A DNA stretch of 62,945 nt, filler included, from Reticulomyxa filosa (lineage: Eukaryota; Protista; Foraminifera): NCBI GenBank assembly GCA_000512085.1. It is 18 parts of 18 records of this genome, joined end to end, with 100 filler letters (N's around TTAATTAATTAA, not from the genome) between each part and the next. Parts side by side here need not be neighbours in the genome. Positions count along the whole stretch, not along the records: positions 52,069 to 53,261 come from ASPP01020755.1; positions 53,362 to 54,383 come from ASPP01039053.1; positions 54,484 to 55,896 come from ASPP01042477.1; positions 55,997 to 58,274 come from ASPP01003470.1; positions 58,375 to 60,142 come from ASPP01004552.1; positions 60,243 to 61,242 come from ASPP01041434.1; positions 61,343 to 62,945 come from ASPP01027996.1; 11 more parts are not named here. One strand, given 5' to 3'. Position numbers and translations under genes: made by a program. Under the pieces are notes generated by a model. The model did not search any database, was not told where the DNA came from, and was given only the letters and a program-made list of their open reading frames with translations. Below are positions 52,069 through 62,945 of this stretch, piece after piece (the first letter of the stretch is position 1; every line of letters starts with the position of its first letter).

Positions 52069-53158
52069 CAATGTCGTGGATGGTTTGCGTCACCAGCGAG
52101 ATACTGCCGATGGCGCTGGATAGTTGGCGAATGGTGTGCTGTGCCGCGTCCACGGCCTGGGCTGCGGCGACATTACGCTGCCGGCTGCCGGCGATGTCGT
52201 CCACGTTCAGTTGCAGGCTTTCGCGCGTGCGCTGGCTTAGCCGCGCCGTGTTTTCGGCGTTGACCGAGACCTGTTCTATCGACGCCGACAGCTGTTCCAC
52301 TGCAGCGCCCATCTGGGTAACGGCGTGGCTGCTTTCACCGATATGGTTGAGCAAGGCATTGACGGCTTGCTCTACGCTGCCGGCGTTGCGTGCCTGCAGC
52401 TGGGCGCTGGTTTGCAGATTATCCAGCATCACTTTCAGGTTCACCTGCATGTAGGCCAGCGCCGCTTCGATGCGGCCCAGGTCGCCGGCGCGGTGGATGC
52501 TGAGGTTATTGGTTAGTCGGCCGCGGGCAATATCGCGACAGGCGCGCAGCAATGCACGCTGATGCTGACGGCGCTGGCCATCCAGTACCAGCCAGCACAG
52601 GGTGGCCAGCACACCGGCGCCCGCCAAGGCCACGCCCAGCGTATCGGGATGGGTCAGGCCGCTGATGGCCAGCAGCAGGGTCATCAGGGTGACGTACAGC
52701 GGACGGAACCACACCAGCAGCCGGCCTTTGTGTGGCGGCGCGCGGTAGGCTTTGGCCTGCTGCAGGGCAGGGTAGTGCTGTTCTGCCTCGCGGATGGCGC
52801 TGCGGCTGGCCGGGGTACGGACCGACATGAAACCGACGATGTCATCCCCGTCCAGCATGGGCACCACGAAGGCGTCCACCCAATAGTAATCGCCTTGCTT
52901 GGTGCGGTTTTTCACCAGCCCGCGCCAGCACTCGCCCTGCTGTACCGTCTGCCACAGGTCGGCAAACAGCACCGCGGGCATGTCGGGGTGGCGGACGATA
53001 TTGTGCGGCTGGCCCAGCAGCTCGTCGCGATGGAAGCCGGATAGCGCCACAAAACGGTCGTTGGCGTAGGTGATGGTGCCTTTCAGGTCGGTCTGGGTAA
53101 CGATGATGCCTTCGGTAAACGGGACTTCGGTCTGGCTGACGGGCAGGTTTTTACGCAT
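52069..53158 (-). CDS. aer: Bacterial aerotaxis receptor / PAS-domain methyl-accepting chemotaxis protein (3' truncated)
   Basis: MRKNLPVSQTE..IVTQTDLKGTITYANDRFV.LSGF..ELLGQPHNIVRHPDMP..F.DLW..W.GLVKNR.K.GDYYWV; TM hairpin, HAMP and MCP signalling helices; high GC, no introns. Confidence 0.92.
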
Positions 53159-53185
53159 GGTGTCCGGAAGGGGAAGGGATGATGG

Positions 53186-53261
53186 TTATTCACAGTGCCG
53201 GATCAGTTGCGCCAGATCGGGCAGTTTGTTGAGCCAGCGCGCCAGCGGTTCGTTGCTGACG
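53186..53261 (-). CDS. 3' end of an upstream bacterial gene
   Basis: VSNEPLARWLNKLPDLAQLIRHCE* ending about 28 bp before the aer start. Confidence 0.45.
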
Positions 53262-53500
53262 NNNNNNNNNNNNNNNNNNNNNNNNNNNNNNNNNNNNNNN
53301 NNNNNTTAATTAATTAANNNNNNNNNNNNNNNNNNNNNNNNNNNNNNNNNNNNNNNNNNNNTTTGGCAGAACTCCGATGGTCGGGTAACTTCTACTGAAC
53401 CTCGGTAAAACCAAAACCCACTTGCTGATATCAAGAATTGTGAAGGCGATTCGACGGCCGAGGCAAGCTGTTTTAACCCTAATCGGCTCTACTGCAAGCC

Positions 53501-54130
53501 ATGTTGGGACAAAATACCCCAAATGGAATTGGATCAAGCATCCGATCTAATGGTAAGGCAGACATATTAACTACACTTCCGAACATGTCTGACTCTAGTG
53601 AATTATCAAATGCCGGCATGCATGGTGGTATTGGAAATGGATATGAAGTTGGAAATGGAATTGGACATGGTATCGACATGGATTTTAGAAATAATCGACA
53701 ACGACAATCCAAAATAATGACGAATGGATGTCGACACGAATGGTGCAAGAAGGATTGCTATAAAACAAAGCAGCCAGACAGTGGAATAACAGATAATGTT
53801 ATAAAGAAATCAAAACTTCAATCGTCAACGCTTCAAGTTGCAGTACACAGTTCAAGTTTGCAACAAAATGAAGAAAAGAAGATTGAAGAAGTGACATTTG
53901 AAAATGTGTGGAAAAAGAATATGAAAGTGCGAAGGCAATTTATGTGTTCCAACACTCCAACGATTGTCGTCACAAATATCAAATTCAAAGAACTCAAATC
54001 AGCGACAGCAGTAATTACGTTACTTGGATTGAAGAATAGGAATGTATTGTCCAGAAAAGTATTGGCACATACATTTTCTGGAAATTTCAGGACATTATTT
54101 GTTCATTTTGCAGTCGATGTTAATGATTAG
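53501..54130 (+). CDS. Repeated-family ORF, probable retroelement ORF1/gag-like (degenerate downstream)
   Basis: Intronless, multicopy in this window, low-complexity GNG N-terminus; coding-like sequence continues past the stop. Confidence 0.45.
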   Translation: MLGQNTPNGIGSSIRSNGKADILTTLPNMSDSSELSNAGMHGGIGNGYEVGNGIGHGIDMDFRNNRQRQSKIMTNGCRHEWCKKDCYKTKQPDSGITDNVIKKSKLQSSTLQVAVHSSSLQQNEEKKIEEVTFENVWKKNMKVRRQFMCSNTPTIVVTNIKFKELKSATAVITLLGLKNRNVLSRKVLAHTFSGNFRTLFVHFAVDVND

Positions 54131-55807
54131 CAACTGAGCCAGCTTGCTAATAACTTCAATGATTCTAAAAATATGCAAATTGAACAAAAAGATAACAGCA
54201 ATGGTAACCAAAGAATTGTAAAGCAGCCAAGATGTGATATTTATCGTAAGTCATTTGCTGCTGAACAAAAGAAAAAACGAGAAGAAGCAGTAAATAAAAA
54301 AAAAAAAATCTATATTGATCATCGATCATCACAAGATACCTCGTGACATTTCGAAATCGTCGAAAAAGTCAAGTAGTTCCAAANNNNNNNNNNNNNNNNN
54401 NNNNNNNNNNNNNNNNNNNNNNNNNNNTTAATTAATTAANNNNNNNNNNNNNNNNNNNNNNNNNNNNNNNNNNNNNNNNNNNNCGATTACTCCTTTGAAA
54501 GATGCAACATATAATTTGCTATACAATCATCAAAACATTCTGTATTACAAAAAAAATTTGATTATATCATATGAACAAATGTGTTTGAGAACAAGAACGT
54601 GCAATAAAGAAAATGATCGTATTTTTTTATTTCATTAATTGAAGCACGTTTCTCTTAAAGAGAGTGATCTCCAGTCGCTACAATTGTACCGTCTCTTAGG
54701 TTCGCAAAATCGGATGGCTAATAGAACTCCGTCAATTGTGTTTTTGATGTCGGTTAATACAAACCTCATGTTTTTGAAGGAAGCTTAAAAGCTTGTCACC
54801 AAACAGAGATTGGAAATAAGTGTATTTTGATACGTTGAAAATATTGAGTAAATCAGAACGAGAAGTGGCAGAAACAGATTGCAAAGTCTCACTCACTTCC
54901 ATAATGTAAGAGCATTTGTTAGGAACTTGAGAGAAATTTCCACATGTAAAATGAAACCAAAATATTTTTTTTGAAACTTTATCACTTGTGGGAGTATGCT
55001 GTCGGTGAAATATTATACTAAATGTAATACGAAAGGTTAATTAGCTCTTTTGAGCAAGTATCAACGAAAACAGATTAAATAAAGAAAAGGAAAATAAATG
55101 TGAAAATGAGTTCACCGAAACCCAGATTAAAACGAGAAAAGAAAAAGACACTGGTGAGTGAAAAGTATTAGGAAGAGTTTAACCCACCGGGAGCTCGTCA
55201 ACCCCTTTAACGGTTCTGTCTGTATAGTAGGAGCTTCTCCTACACACTGATTTTTCCTTGTTCATATTCAAGATAAAAATATGCAAATATTGTTTTGTAT
55301 CCAATCTTGCCATTATTCACTTGGTATCCATGAGGTTCAAAATTTTGAACATCAACAATAGCTTCTGTTTCCAAAAAATTGTTTAGCAATTGAAAATAGA
55401 AAATGCAATAACAAAGATAACAAAAAAGATAAATATGTTTATTTTTTAAAACAAAATCAATTAACAGTGCGAAAGAAAAAATTAAGTGAAGTTTTTTTTT
55501 TTGGAGAATTAAAGGGTTTTGTAAAAAAAGACATTATTATCTTTGTTTTTTGTAAAAGCAAAAAAGAATGTCATTATTGCTCGTATTCTATTTTTCGTTG
55601 GTATTTCGATCATGCCTTGGAAGTATTTTTTATTTTTTTTTTTTAGACTCTAGTGCTCTAGTTTTTGTATATACGTGACCGCAAATTTGGTGTTGGGGGT
55701 TTGCAAAAAAAAAAAGATGGGCATGACTATGATGAACTAGGCAGTTAAGTAAAAACTAACTACGTTGTTTGATAGAATAAATGACGATAAAATTGTGTAT
55801 TGATTGA

Positions 55808-55840
<33 letters not shown>
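55808..55840. repeat. (TA)n microsatellite
   Basis: atatatatatatatatatatatatgtatatata. Confidence 0.85.
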
Positions 55841-55845
<5 letters not shown>

Positions 55846-56599
55846 GTTTATTTTTTTTAGGAAACGGTTTTGATGATGTAAGTAAGAAATTGGATGNNNN
55901 NNNNNNNNNNNNNNNNNNNNNNNNNNNNNNNNNNNNNNNNTTAATTAATTAANNNNNNNNNNNNNNNNNNNNNNNNNNNNNNNNNNNNNNNNNNNNTAAT
56001 CCACTTTATCCTTGTCCCAATAATTTCCAAAAACACAAAAAGGGGGATAAAAATTCAGCGTAATTATCAGCCTCTCAGAAGCGTTTTCCTTTGGGGTGTA
56101 ACTCAGTAAAGAAAATATCCTGCTGTGTTTCTTGCTTTTCTTTGTCAATCAAAACGTGTGAAAGAAACTGTTTTTGATTTATTTGTATTTACAACAAGCA
56201 TTCAAGGTATATTGCAAAGCTTTTTATAAAATCTTTCCAAAGAGAATCTACCAACTATGTTTTTTTTCTCCTAAAAATTTCTATGTGACTGTCTTTAGGC
56301 GTAACATGTTATATATTAACTTCATAAAGAAGATGGAGATCCTTCCTTTTTTTATTTTCGGGCATCAAATCATCTTCACATAAAGGTTTTAGTTTTCAAT
56401 TCGCTATAGATTCTGAAAAAGGAATGATATTTTTTGTCGTGTATATTCAAATATTCATTGTCTTTTGTATATATCATTTGTTTATTTTTTTAATTTGTCA
56501 GTCTATTTCCGTTTTTGAAATAAAAAAACTTAAAAGATGAAGTAAAGAAATGTCATGATTATGAAATAAAACCAAAAATATTTTCTTTAAAATTTACCA

Positions 56600-57250
56600 T
56601 ATAATGTATTTAATAATAATTTGATCAATCCTAATTTTATCATTTATTATTTATTATTTTTAATCAGTTTTATACAATACAGTTTATTTGTGTTTCATCA
56701 AGATAAATAGATAAATAAACAAATGATTACCAACTGTGAATGATCTCATACACGCACTATAATCTTCATATGAGTTGATATTATTTTCCTTTTCCTCCAA
56801 TCATGGTATATGATTGTCTTCTTTATTCAACCTCTCAATGGACTGGGTAAAGTATTTTCAAATGTCACACATATGTATATTCAAGAATGGTTTAATATCA
56901 CAAACAGGTAATTGATGCAATTGGAAATTGTTGCCATTTGATAATTTTGCTGATTTGTTGTTCATTTTCTGAATTTGATACAAAGCAATGATAATAAATA
57001 TAATTACTAGTTGTTGAATAAATTGAAATGTATTTAAATCAAACACACTAATATTTTTTAAAAAATAAGTGATAAATATCAAATGATAATTGGATGATTG
57101 TGATTGTCTGTGAAAGGAATCCATTGGTTGTAATCGCTTAATTCATTTGATTTGAAAGGAAAAAAGCTAAAACAAGTAAGTAATCAGAGTGATAATTCAT
57201 TTATTTACAAGAATATTTATTTGTATTGTGTCGTTATGGTCTTTTTACTA
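56600..57250 (-). pseudogene. Kelch-family pseudogene
   Basis: NISVFDLNTFQF and FQLHQLPVCD segments in broken frames, same style as the 11593 family. Confidence 0.45.
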
Positions 57251-60200
57251 GTTTGATGTTTTGTCATAACAATTTTAGATTTACATGGCATAAATTAAAA
57301 ATAATTAAATAAATAAAGCAAACTTTTTATTTATCATCAAAAAAGAAACTACTCACAAATGAGCAAAATAATAGTTTCGAGAAATTGTAGAAACCAAAAA
57401 CTACAACTTTATTAGAGTCCTTTGTTTGTAAATTTATATTTTTTAATTGTGTTTGCAAGGATTTCATAGCTCCCATTGCCTTTGAAGAAACTCAACAATT
57501 AATTGGTAATCTCTGAATGATAATTTTTTGTCAGTTGCTCTGTTCATTCAAGTTTAACTTTTTAAAAAAAATCCTTTTCAACATACTGTGTGTAACGTAG
57601 TTCTTATGTCAGAGCGAAAGAACATCTCTTTGCGAAAGTCCAAAGCCTTAAGAAACAGCAGAAGCAATATTCTCTTGGAAAAGTGGCTGAAGTGATAAAA
57701 CAAAAATTAAAAACTATTACAACCCTCTTCAATCAATTGCTAACTATTTTATTCGGTCGATCATTCAAGTATTTTTTTTCCAAATACTTTTTTGCTTGTT
57801 TTGCTTGAAGTAAATTTTTTATAATTGTTTTTGGTGTTTATTTGATCAAAGAAAAAAACTATCTCCTTCTCCCTTAAGACTATCTGTATTCTAAAATATA
57901 CAACCAATTGCGTAGTTAAATTTTTAAGCGTTCAATAAAAAAAAGAGGGTTTCTTTTGCAGTTGACTTCATCATGCTTACACAACTTCAACAGACGTTCC
58001 TCAAGATGAATGAAGAGGTCATTTCAGATGTATTGAAATGGTTTAAGCAAGATGCTGAAAAGACAAAGGATGTCTTAACCTGGCTAACAGAGAACACGTA
58101 ACAATCAATTTCTATTATTTTTTTTTCTCTTTTTTACTAACAAAAACATTTCAATATTTTTAACAAATCATTGCTTTATATATTTTAATACAGCACAAAT
58201 TTACAACAACAGCATTATCTGATGGATCTATTCAAACTATTTGGCAATAAGCTAGGAAAAGAGACAATATCACANNNNNNNNNNNNNNNNNNNNNNNNNN
58301 NNNNNNNNNNNNNNNNNNTTAATTAATTAANNNNNNNNNNNNNNNNNNNNNNNNNNNNNNNNNNNNNNNNNNNNGTATAATATTGATTTCATCCATTCAC
58401 CTGTTTCATATTGTTATCAAATATATTTGTAGCAGTATTGAAAAATGTTACCGAGAAGGAAGTCCAAAACATCAAGCTTTTCCGAAAGTTTGGAGTCAGG
58501 AAAATCTGATGTGATAAGTTGGGTCCTTGCAGTTGTGTACTCCGAACTTTTCATGTGTTTTGTAGGTTCAATTATACATCCATGATTTGTGACCAAATTA
58601 CTCTGGATTGTTTCAAAGTTAGTCGACTTTCTTTTCTAATCTTCTTTCAATTTTTTCACACCAATTGATTTGCAATCTTTTTGCAAAGATATTACCACTT
58701 CATCCGGCACCACCTGCTTCAGCCAAATAAATTCATGTTTGCTCAAAAGCTGAAATTGTCTCATCACTTCGTTTTATTGAATTTGATAAGGACATTCTTA
58801 ATTAATCAATAAATCTATTTTTATTGTCGAGCCCCCTTTTTTTTTTACAAAATTTCAGTAGTTACTTGCGATATGGATGTTCAAATCTCTTCCGTCCATG
58901 TCTACATCTTCATTGTCGACGTCCATATCGACGAATAACCACTTATAAAAATTTACGTACAACAAAAAAGTACGTTACTATGATAAATTTAATGTAATGT
59001 TTTGTTCTTGGCACGATCTCTTAATATACTATTTTGATAAGCATTTGTATTACTTGATGTTCTGTCATCCAAAATTTATTTGGACAGACATCTGCTAGCA
59101 AATTTCATAAAAAGTGAAAGCGGCCATAGAGACAAGTTCATTGAAATCATCGACAAATTTGTAAAAATGTCCAGAAATTCTTTTAGAATGTTACCGAAAT
59201 AAGCATTACTATAGTATCAATATCCCTAAAAGTTCAGCTGTAAAAATTTCTTTTCTTCAATAATCGAATACTAGTTTTATGAAGGGTAACATCTAAATCA
59301 CATTGGTTTTTGGTTTGTCGAAATTTTTTTCGTTGGACAAAGTTTCCATGAGAAAACTTTGTACTTGAAAAAAGCGCTACTGTTGGTCAAGAACAAAAAG
59401 GGAGCTGCTCTGTTTATAATTGATCATAAAATTATTTTAGCTGGTGACAACTTACAAAATAAGGCAACAATTCAAGTTCATCTTTTTTCTTTTTAGCTTG
59501 TTTCTGCAGTGAATCCAAGTAAACTAAAGTAAAGTTGCAAGTTTATTACACGCATTTTATCAAAAAAAATAAAGCCTCTGACCAATGTCGCGGAATGATA
59601 GCGAAGAAATTGAAAAAGAAAAGACAGTGTTGAAAAAATGTCAAAAAGATTTGACAGAAAGCTATTTTGCTTTGATTGAAAGAATTTTGAAAAAGGTGTG
59701 TTTGTGTATTTTACTGATAATCGATGATTACTCTTGGTAGCGCGAATCTTCAAAAAAAATATAACAAATGGAAACAACCCAACGATGTAGATACCCAATT
59801 GCACCTGCAGTGCAGAAGAGGACAAAATATTCGAAGATTTGAAAATGCTGGAGATTGTGAGTGCTACAGCTGTCGTGGGTTTACTTACAAAAGGTTTGGA
59901 CCAGCACTCAGCGCAACAAAAATGGGAGATCATTTGAAAAACAACTAAGAAGCTTTGCATTGATTCAAAAAAATTGAGAAAATTCGACGATTGAAAGGTA
60001 TTGAGATGTCGTGATATGCTGTTCGAGCCATTCGGTTACAAATGTTATTCGATTATGTCCTTGCACAATCGCCAGTTTTGGAACAAAATATCATGTTTTG
60101 TTTTAAATATTTTTCAACATCTATTTTTTTTTTTTTTTTTTTNNNNNNNNNNNNNNNNNNNNNNNNNNNNNNNNNNNNNNNNNNNNTTAATTAATTAANN

Positions 60201-60311
60201 NNNNNNNNNNNNNNNNNNNNNNNNNNNNNNNNNNNNNNNNNNTCGAGTGAAATTTGACTTAGCTTTTTCAAGTTTTCATTTTCCAAAAAAAAAAAAAAAA
60301 AAAAAAACAAC

Positions 60312-61214
60312 TTATTTTTGAAGTTTGCAAAAGGGTAGAGGAGCAATGAGTTTCAACTCTTGATCAGATATTTGTGAACCATAAATAGCAATTCTGCCAC
60401 ATCCACCCTCATTTCCCCCGGAGACGTTGCCCCCTTTACAAGAGATTGCCCCCAAAGTATGTGGACAAGTGTCAGAAGAAGAGTGCAATTGAATCAAAAT
60501 GGAGCCCCCACTGCCACCCCCTCCGGCGTGACTTTCGCCATCAAGGCCATCGCAGCGCAAAGTGCCACCATTGATAAGTTGCTGTTGAACGACCAAGTGG
60601 ATGATCCCCCCTCCTCTCCCCCCTTTCCACACTCCGTTTTCATTTTGACTCGACCCGCCTCCACTTCCGCAAAACATTTGTTTTAGCAAGGTTTCCTCTC
60701 CATACACATCCCCCCCTTTGCCATGGCCACAGCCGAAAGAAAGATCAAACTCGGCGCCTTTGGAGCCATGTCCAGCACCCCCACCTACATACCACTGCTT
60801 TTTCCCAATCCCAGTGAATATACCCCCTTTGCCAGGACCCGAGTCGGAATGGTGGCCCAATCCGGAACAGTCGATCGTCGACGTATGATGCTTGATCCAC
60901 AAATGACTTGTGTTGATTTTGACTTGACCCAAGTCTTTGATAAACCAGCCATCGCAATCGGCGGTCACAGTAATCTCATCCCCAATCAAATACACTCCAA
61001 ACTTGAATTCAGTCCACTCGTTGTTTTTCAATTTGACGGTCTTCTTGTGCTCGCCCACCAACAAAAAGTCCACTCCGTTTTGCAACGGCCGACTAAACAA
61101 CTTTGGGTTGAACAGCACACTTGTTACCATTTCCTCACACGTTTTGCGTTGGCGCTTGCTTCCATTCTTTTTCTCCTTTCTCTCGCTCTTCGCTTCCTTC
61201 ATCTCCATTTCCAA
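60312..61214 (-). CDS. Glycine-rich GGGAGHG/GSGGG repeat-domain protein (5' partial)
   Basis: IDCSGLGH..GPGKG..GGGAGHG..GKGGDVYG..GSGGGS..GGRGGGII..GGGGSGGSI..GGCGRIAI. Confidence 0.7.
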   Translation of the reverse strand: MEMEMKEAKSERKEKKNGSKRQRKTCEEMVTSVLFNPKLFSRPLQNGVDFLLVGEHKKTVKLKNNEWTEFKFGVYLIGDEITVTADCDGWFIKDLGQVKINTSHLWIKHHTSTIDCSGLGHHSDSGPGKGGIFTGIGKKQWYVGGGAGHGSKGAEFDLSFGCGHGKGGDVYGEETLLKQMFCGSGGGSSQNENGVWKGGRGGGIIHLVVQQQLINGGTLRCDGLDGESHAGGGGSGGSILIQLHSSSDTCPHTLGAISCKGGNVSGGNEGGCGRIAIYGSQISDQELKLIAPLPFCKLQK

Positions 61215-61342
61215 TGTGTCTTTTTTCAGCTCTGTCGACGGCNNNNNNNNNNNNNNNNNNNNNNNNNNNNNNNNNNNNNNNNNNNNTTAATTAATTAANN
61301 NNNNNNNNNNNNNNNNNNNNNNNNNNNNNNNNNNNNNNNNNN

Positions 61343-62945
61343 AAAAAAAAAAAACTTTAAATTGTTATGTAAACAATAAAACAGGTGATAAGATTTGTGG
61401 GATCCGTGCACTTTCAAAGAAAATGAAGAAATGGTTAGTATTGAACTCGATGAATGGTCGATCAACGGAAAGGAAACAACGGAATTGTCGATGGGGAAAA
61501 AATACTTTGACTGTCAAAAATCAAGGTGATTCTTTTGCCCTAAGAGCCAAATTACCGAAAACATGGGACCAACCACAGGAGCATTGAACGCTGCTAAAGA
61601 ATCGAAAGATACCAAAATCAATGACGAATGGATTGACCCGAAGAAATGCGACAATAAAAGTCGGCGATCGTGTTGACGTACAGGCACATGAAATGATTGA
61701 CGTACCCGAATTTAGTTGAGAAGACATGTTAGGAATTGAGTTAGATGATTGTGGCCATATAATATAAGCAAAGATGGAAAAAAAATACTTTGAGGTTTCT
61801 ACTATTAATCCCAATATTTGTGTACTTTTCTTTACACATTCAACATCAATTTGTAATGAATTTGTTGATATGTGGTGTTGTGATATGTGTGTTCAAGTGT
61901 GCTGAGAACTACGGATACTTTGCTCGACGACGCTATGTGGCAAATATACTCACTGATGAAGTGAAAGAAGACCAAGTCATCAATGAACTGCGAAGACGTA
62001 AAAAAAGAGAACAGAAAGACTTAAAAAAACATTTGAAAGATATCGAGAAATACGAAAAAGTAATTGATGGAAAACAAGCCATTGCACAAAAATCAAATCG
62101 AATAAAATTAAACGAAAAGATCAATACAAAGAAGAGATTTACCAATTGGAGACAGCTCCTCCACTAACTTTAGAAGACTTGACATACGAAAAGCAGTACA
62201 AAAATGATGCTCGCGGCGTCCATGGAAGAGATGGTAGTTACCACAGTAGACGTAGAAAATAAAGTGGATGACATTGAAAGCGATCGATGAACCGTTGATG
62301 AAGATGAAGACAATGCAAGTGAAACCAAACGAAACGCTGGCCACAGATAGAGTATAATCGAAAACCGAGTGAGAGTTTTGGGAACAAAAACTGGTATCGT
62401 TGCGATTTATTAAAAATGTCAACTTTTCCAATGAAAGACTTGTTAGAATTAAATTAGAAAACTGGCATCCCAATGCAATCAATGGAATAATGAAGTGAAA
62501 CATTTATTTTAAAGTTTAAAGAATCTCTTTATCTTTCATTCCAAAAAATACATCACACGTCTCTAAATGTGCTTCCATAGTGTATGTGTGTGCTCCTTGG
62601 ACATTGTTTTTTTTTAAGATATGATTATGATCATGGAAAACCTTGGGCCTGCAGTATGTCAACAATTTATTCACAAATTTTTTTTGACATTTTAAAAAAA
62701 AAGAAAATATATACATATTATATATTTGCATATGTATATGATAATAATAACAAATAGTAATTAATGATTGAGTGTATTACATCAAGCACAAAATCAAAAT
62801 GACGGGAAACAATGATGACTCATCCCCATCAACTTAAGCATCTTTGCCAAAAGTTCCATTCAAAATTGGTGATTGTGTGAGATATTAATCCACGGAAAAA
62901 TCAGAATCATTTTAAGTATATGGGATTGACCAACTTTACCAAAGG
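61343..62945 (+). pseudogene. CAP-Gly domain repeat protein pseudogene
   Basis: Degenerate CAP-Gly segments IELDEW..GKKYFDC, IKVGDRV..LGIELDD..GKKYFE and FKIGDCV, with stops and frameshifts. Confidence 0.6.

Noticed and set aside
50909-53261. RT next to a bacterial gene as a retron or DGR-like system
   Set aside because: The RT is a eukaryotic non-LTR type (YADD, KAFDSV) on an AT-rich contig separated from the bacterial contig by a linker
52071-53309. Plus-strand ORFs in the GC-rich contig
   Set aside because: Antisense shadows of aer caused by high GC
58375-60142. Coding-like fragments on both strands
   Set aside because: Broken frames with no recognisable domain; cannot be called

Overview
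This window is not one locus. It is a concatenation of 18 short draft-assembly contigs joined by 17 artificial 100-bp linkers (N44-TTAATTAATTAA-N44, stops in all six frames), so neighbourhood across linkers is meaningless. Seventeen contigs are AT-rich eukaryotic DNA with GT-AG introns, many homopolymer-associated frameshifts and pseudogenes. The expanded WD40, kelch, TPR and Gly-rich families suggest a rhizarian protist such as the foraminiferan Reticulomyxa (inference). Recognisable genes are an RNF213/mysterin-like AAA+/RZ-finger protein, a zinc-finger + WD40 protein, kelch, F-box, an intron-containing bacterial-type amidohydrolase, fimbrin/plastin, a double-DysF protein, CFAP20, SDHAF2, a CDIN1-like PD-(D/E)XK nuclease, mitochondrial ACP, an FHA-parvulin PPIase, TPR proteins, NAA35 and CAP-Gly pseudogenes. 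Mobile DNA includes a Tc1 element nested in a decayed LINE, a LINE RT fragment, a 120-bp palindromic MITE family and a Kolobok-like repeat. One contig (52069-53261) is high-GC bacterial DNA encoding an Aer-type aerotaxis receptor. The best leads are the RNF213-like gene with an RZ finger, an unexplained ~280-nt multi-helix/pseudoknot RNA candidate at 18561-18840, the CDIN1-like nuclease, and a T-run/A-run 3' splice-site architecture.
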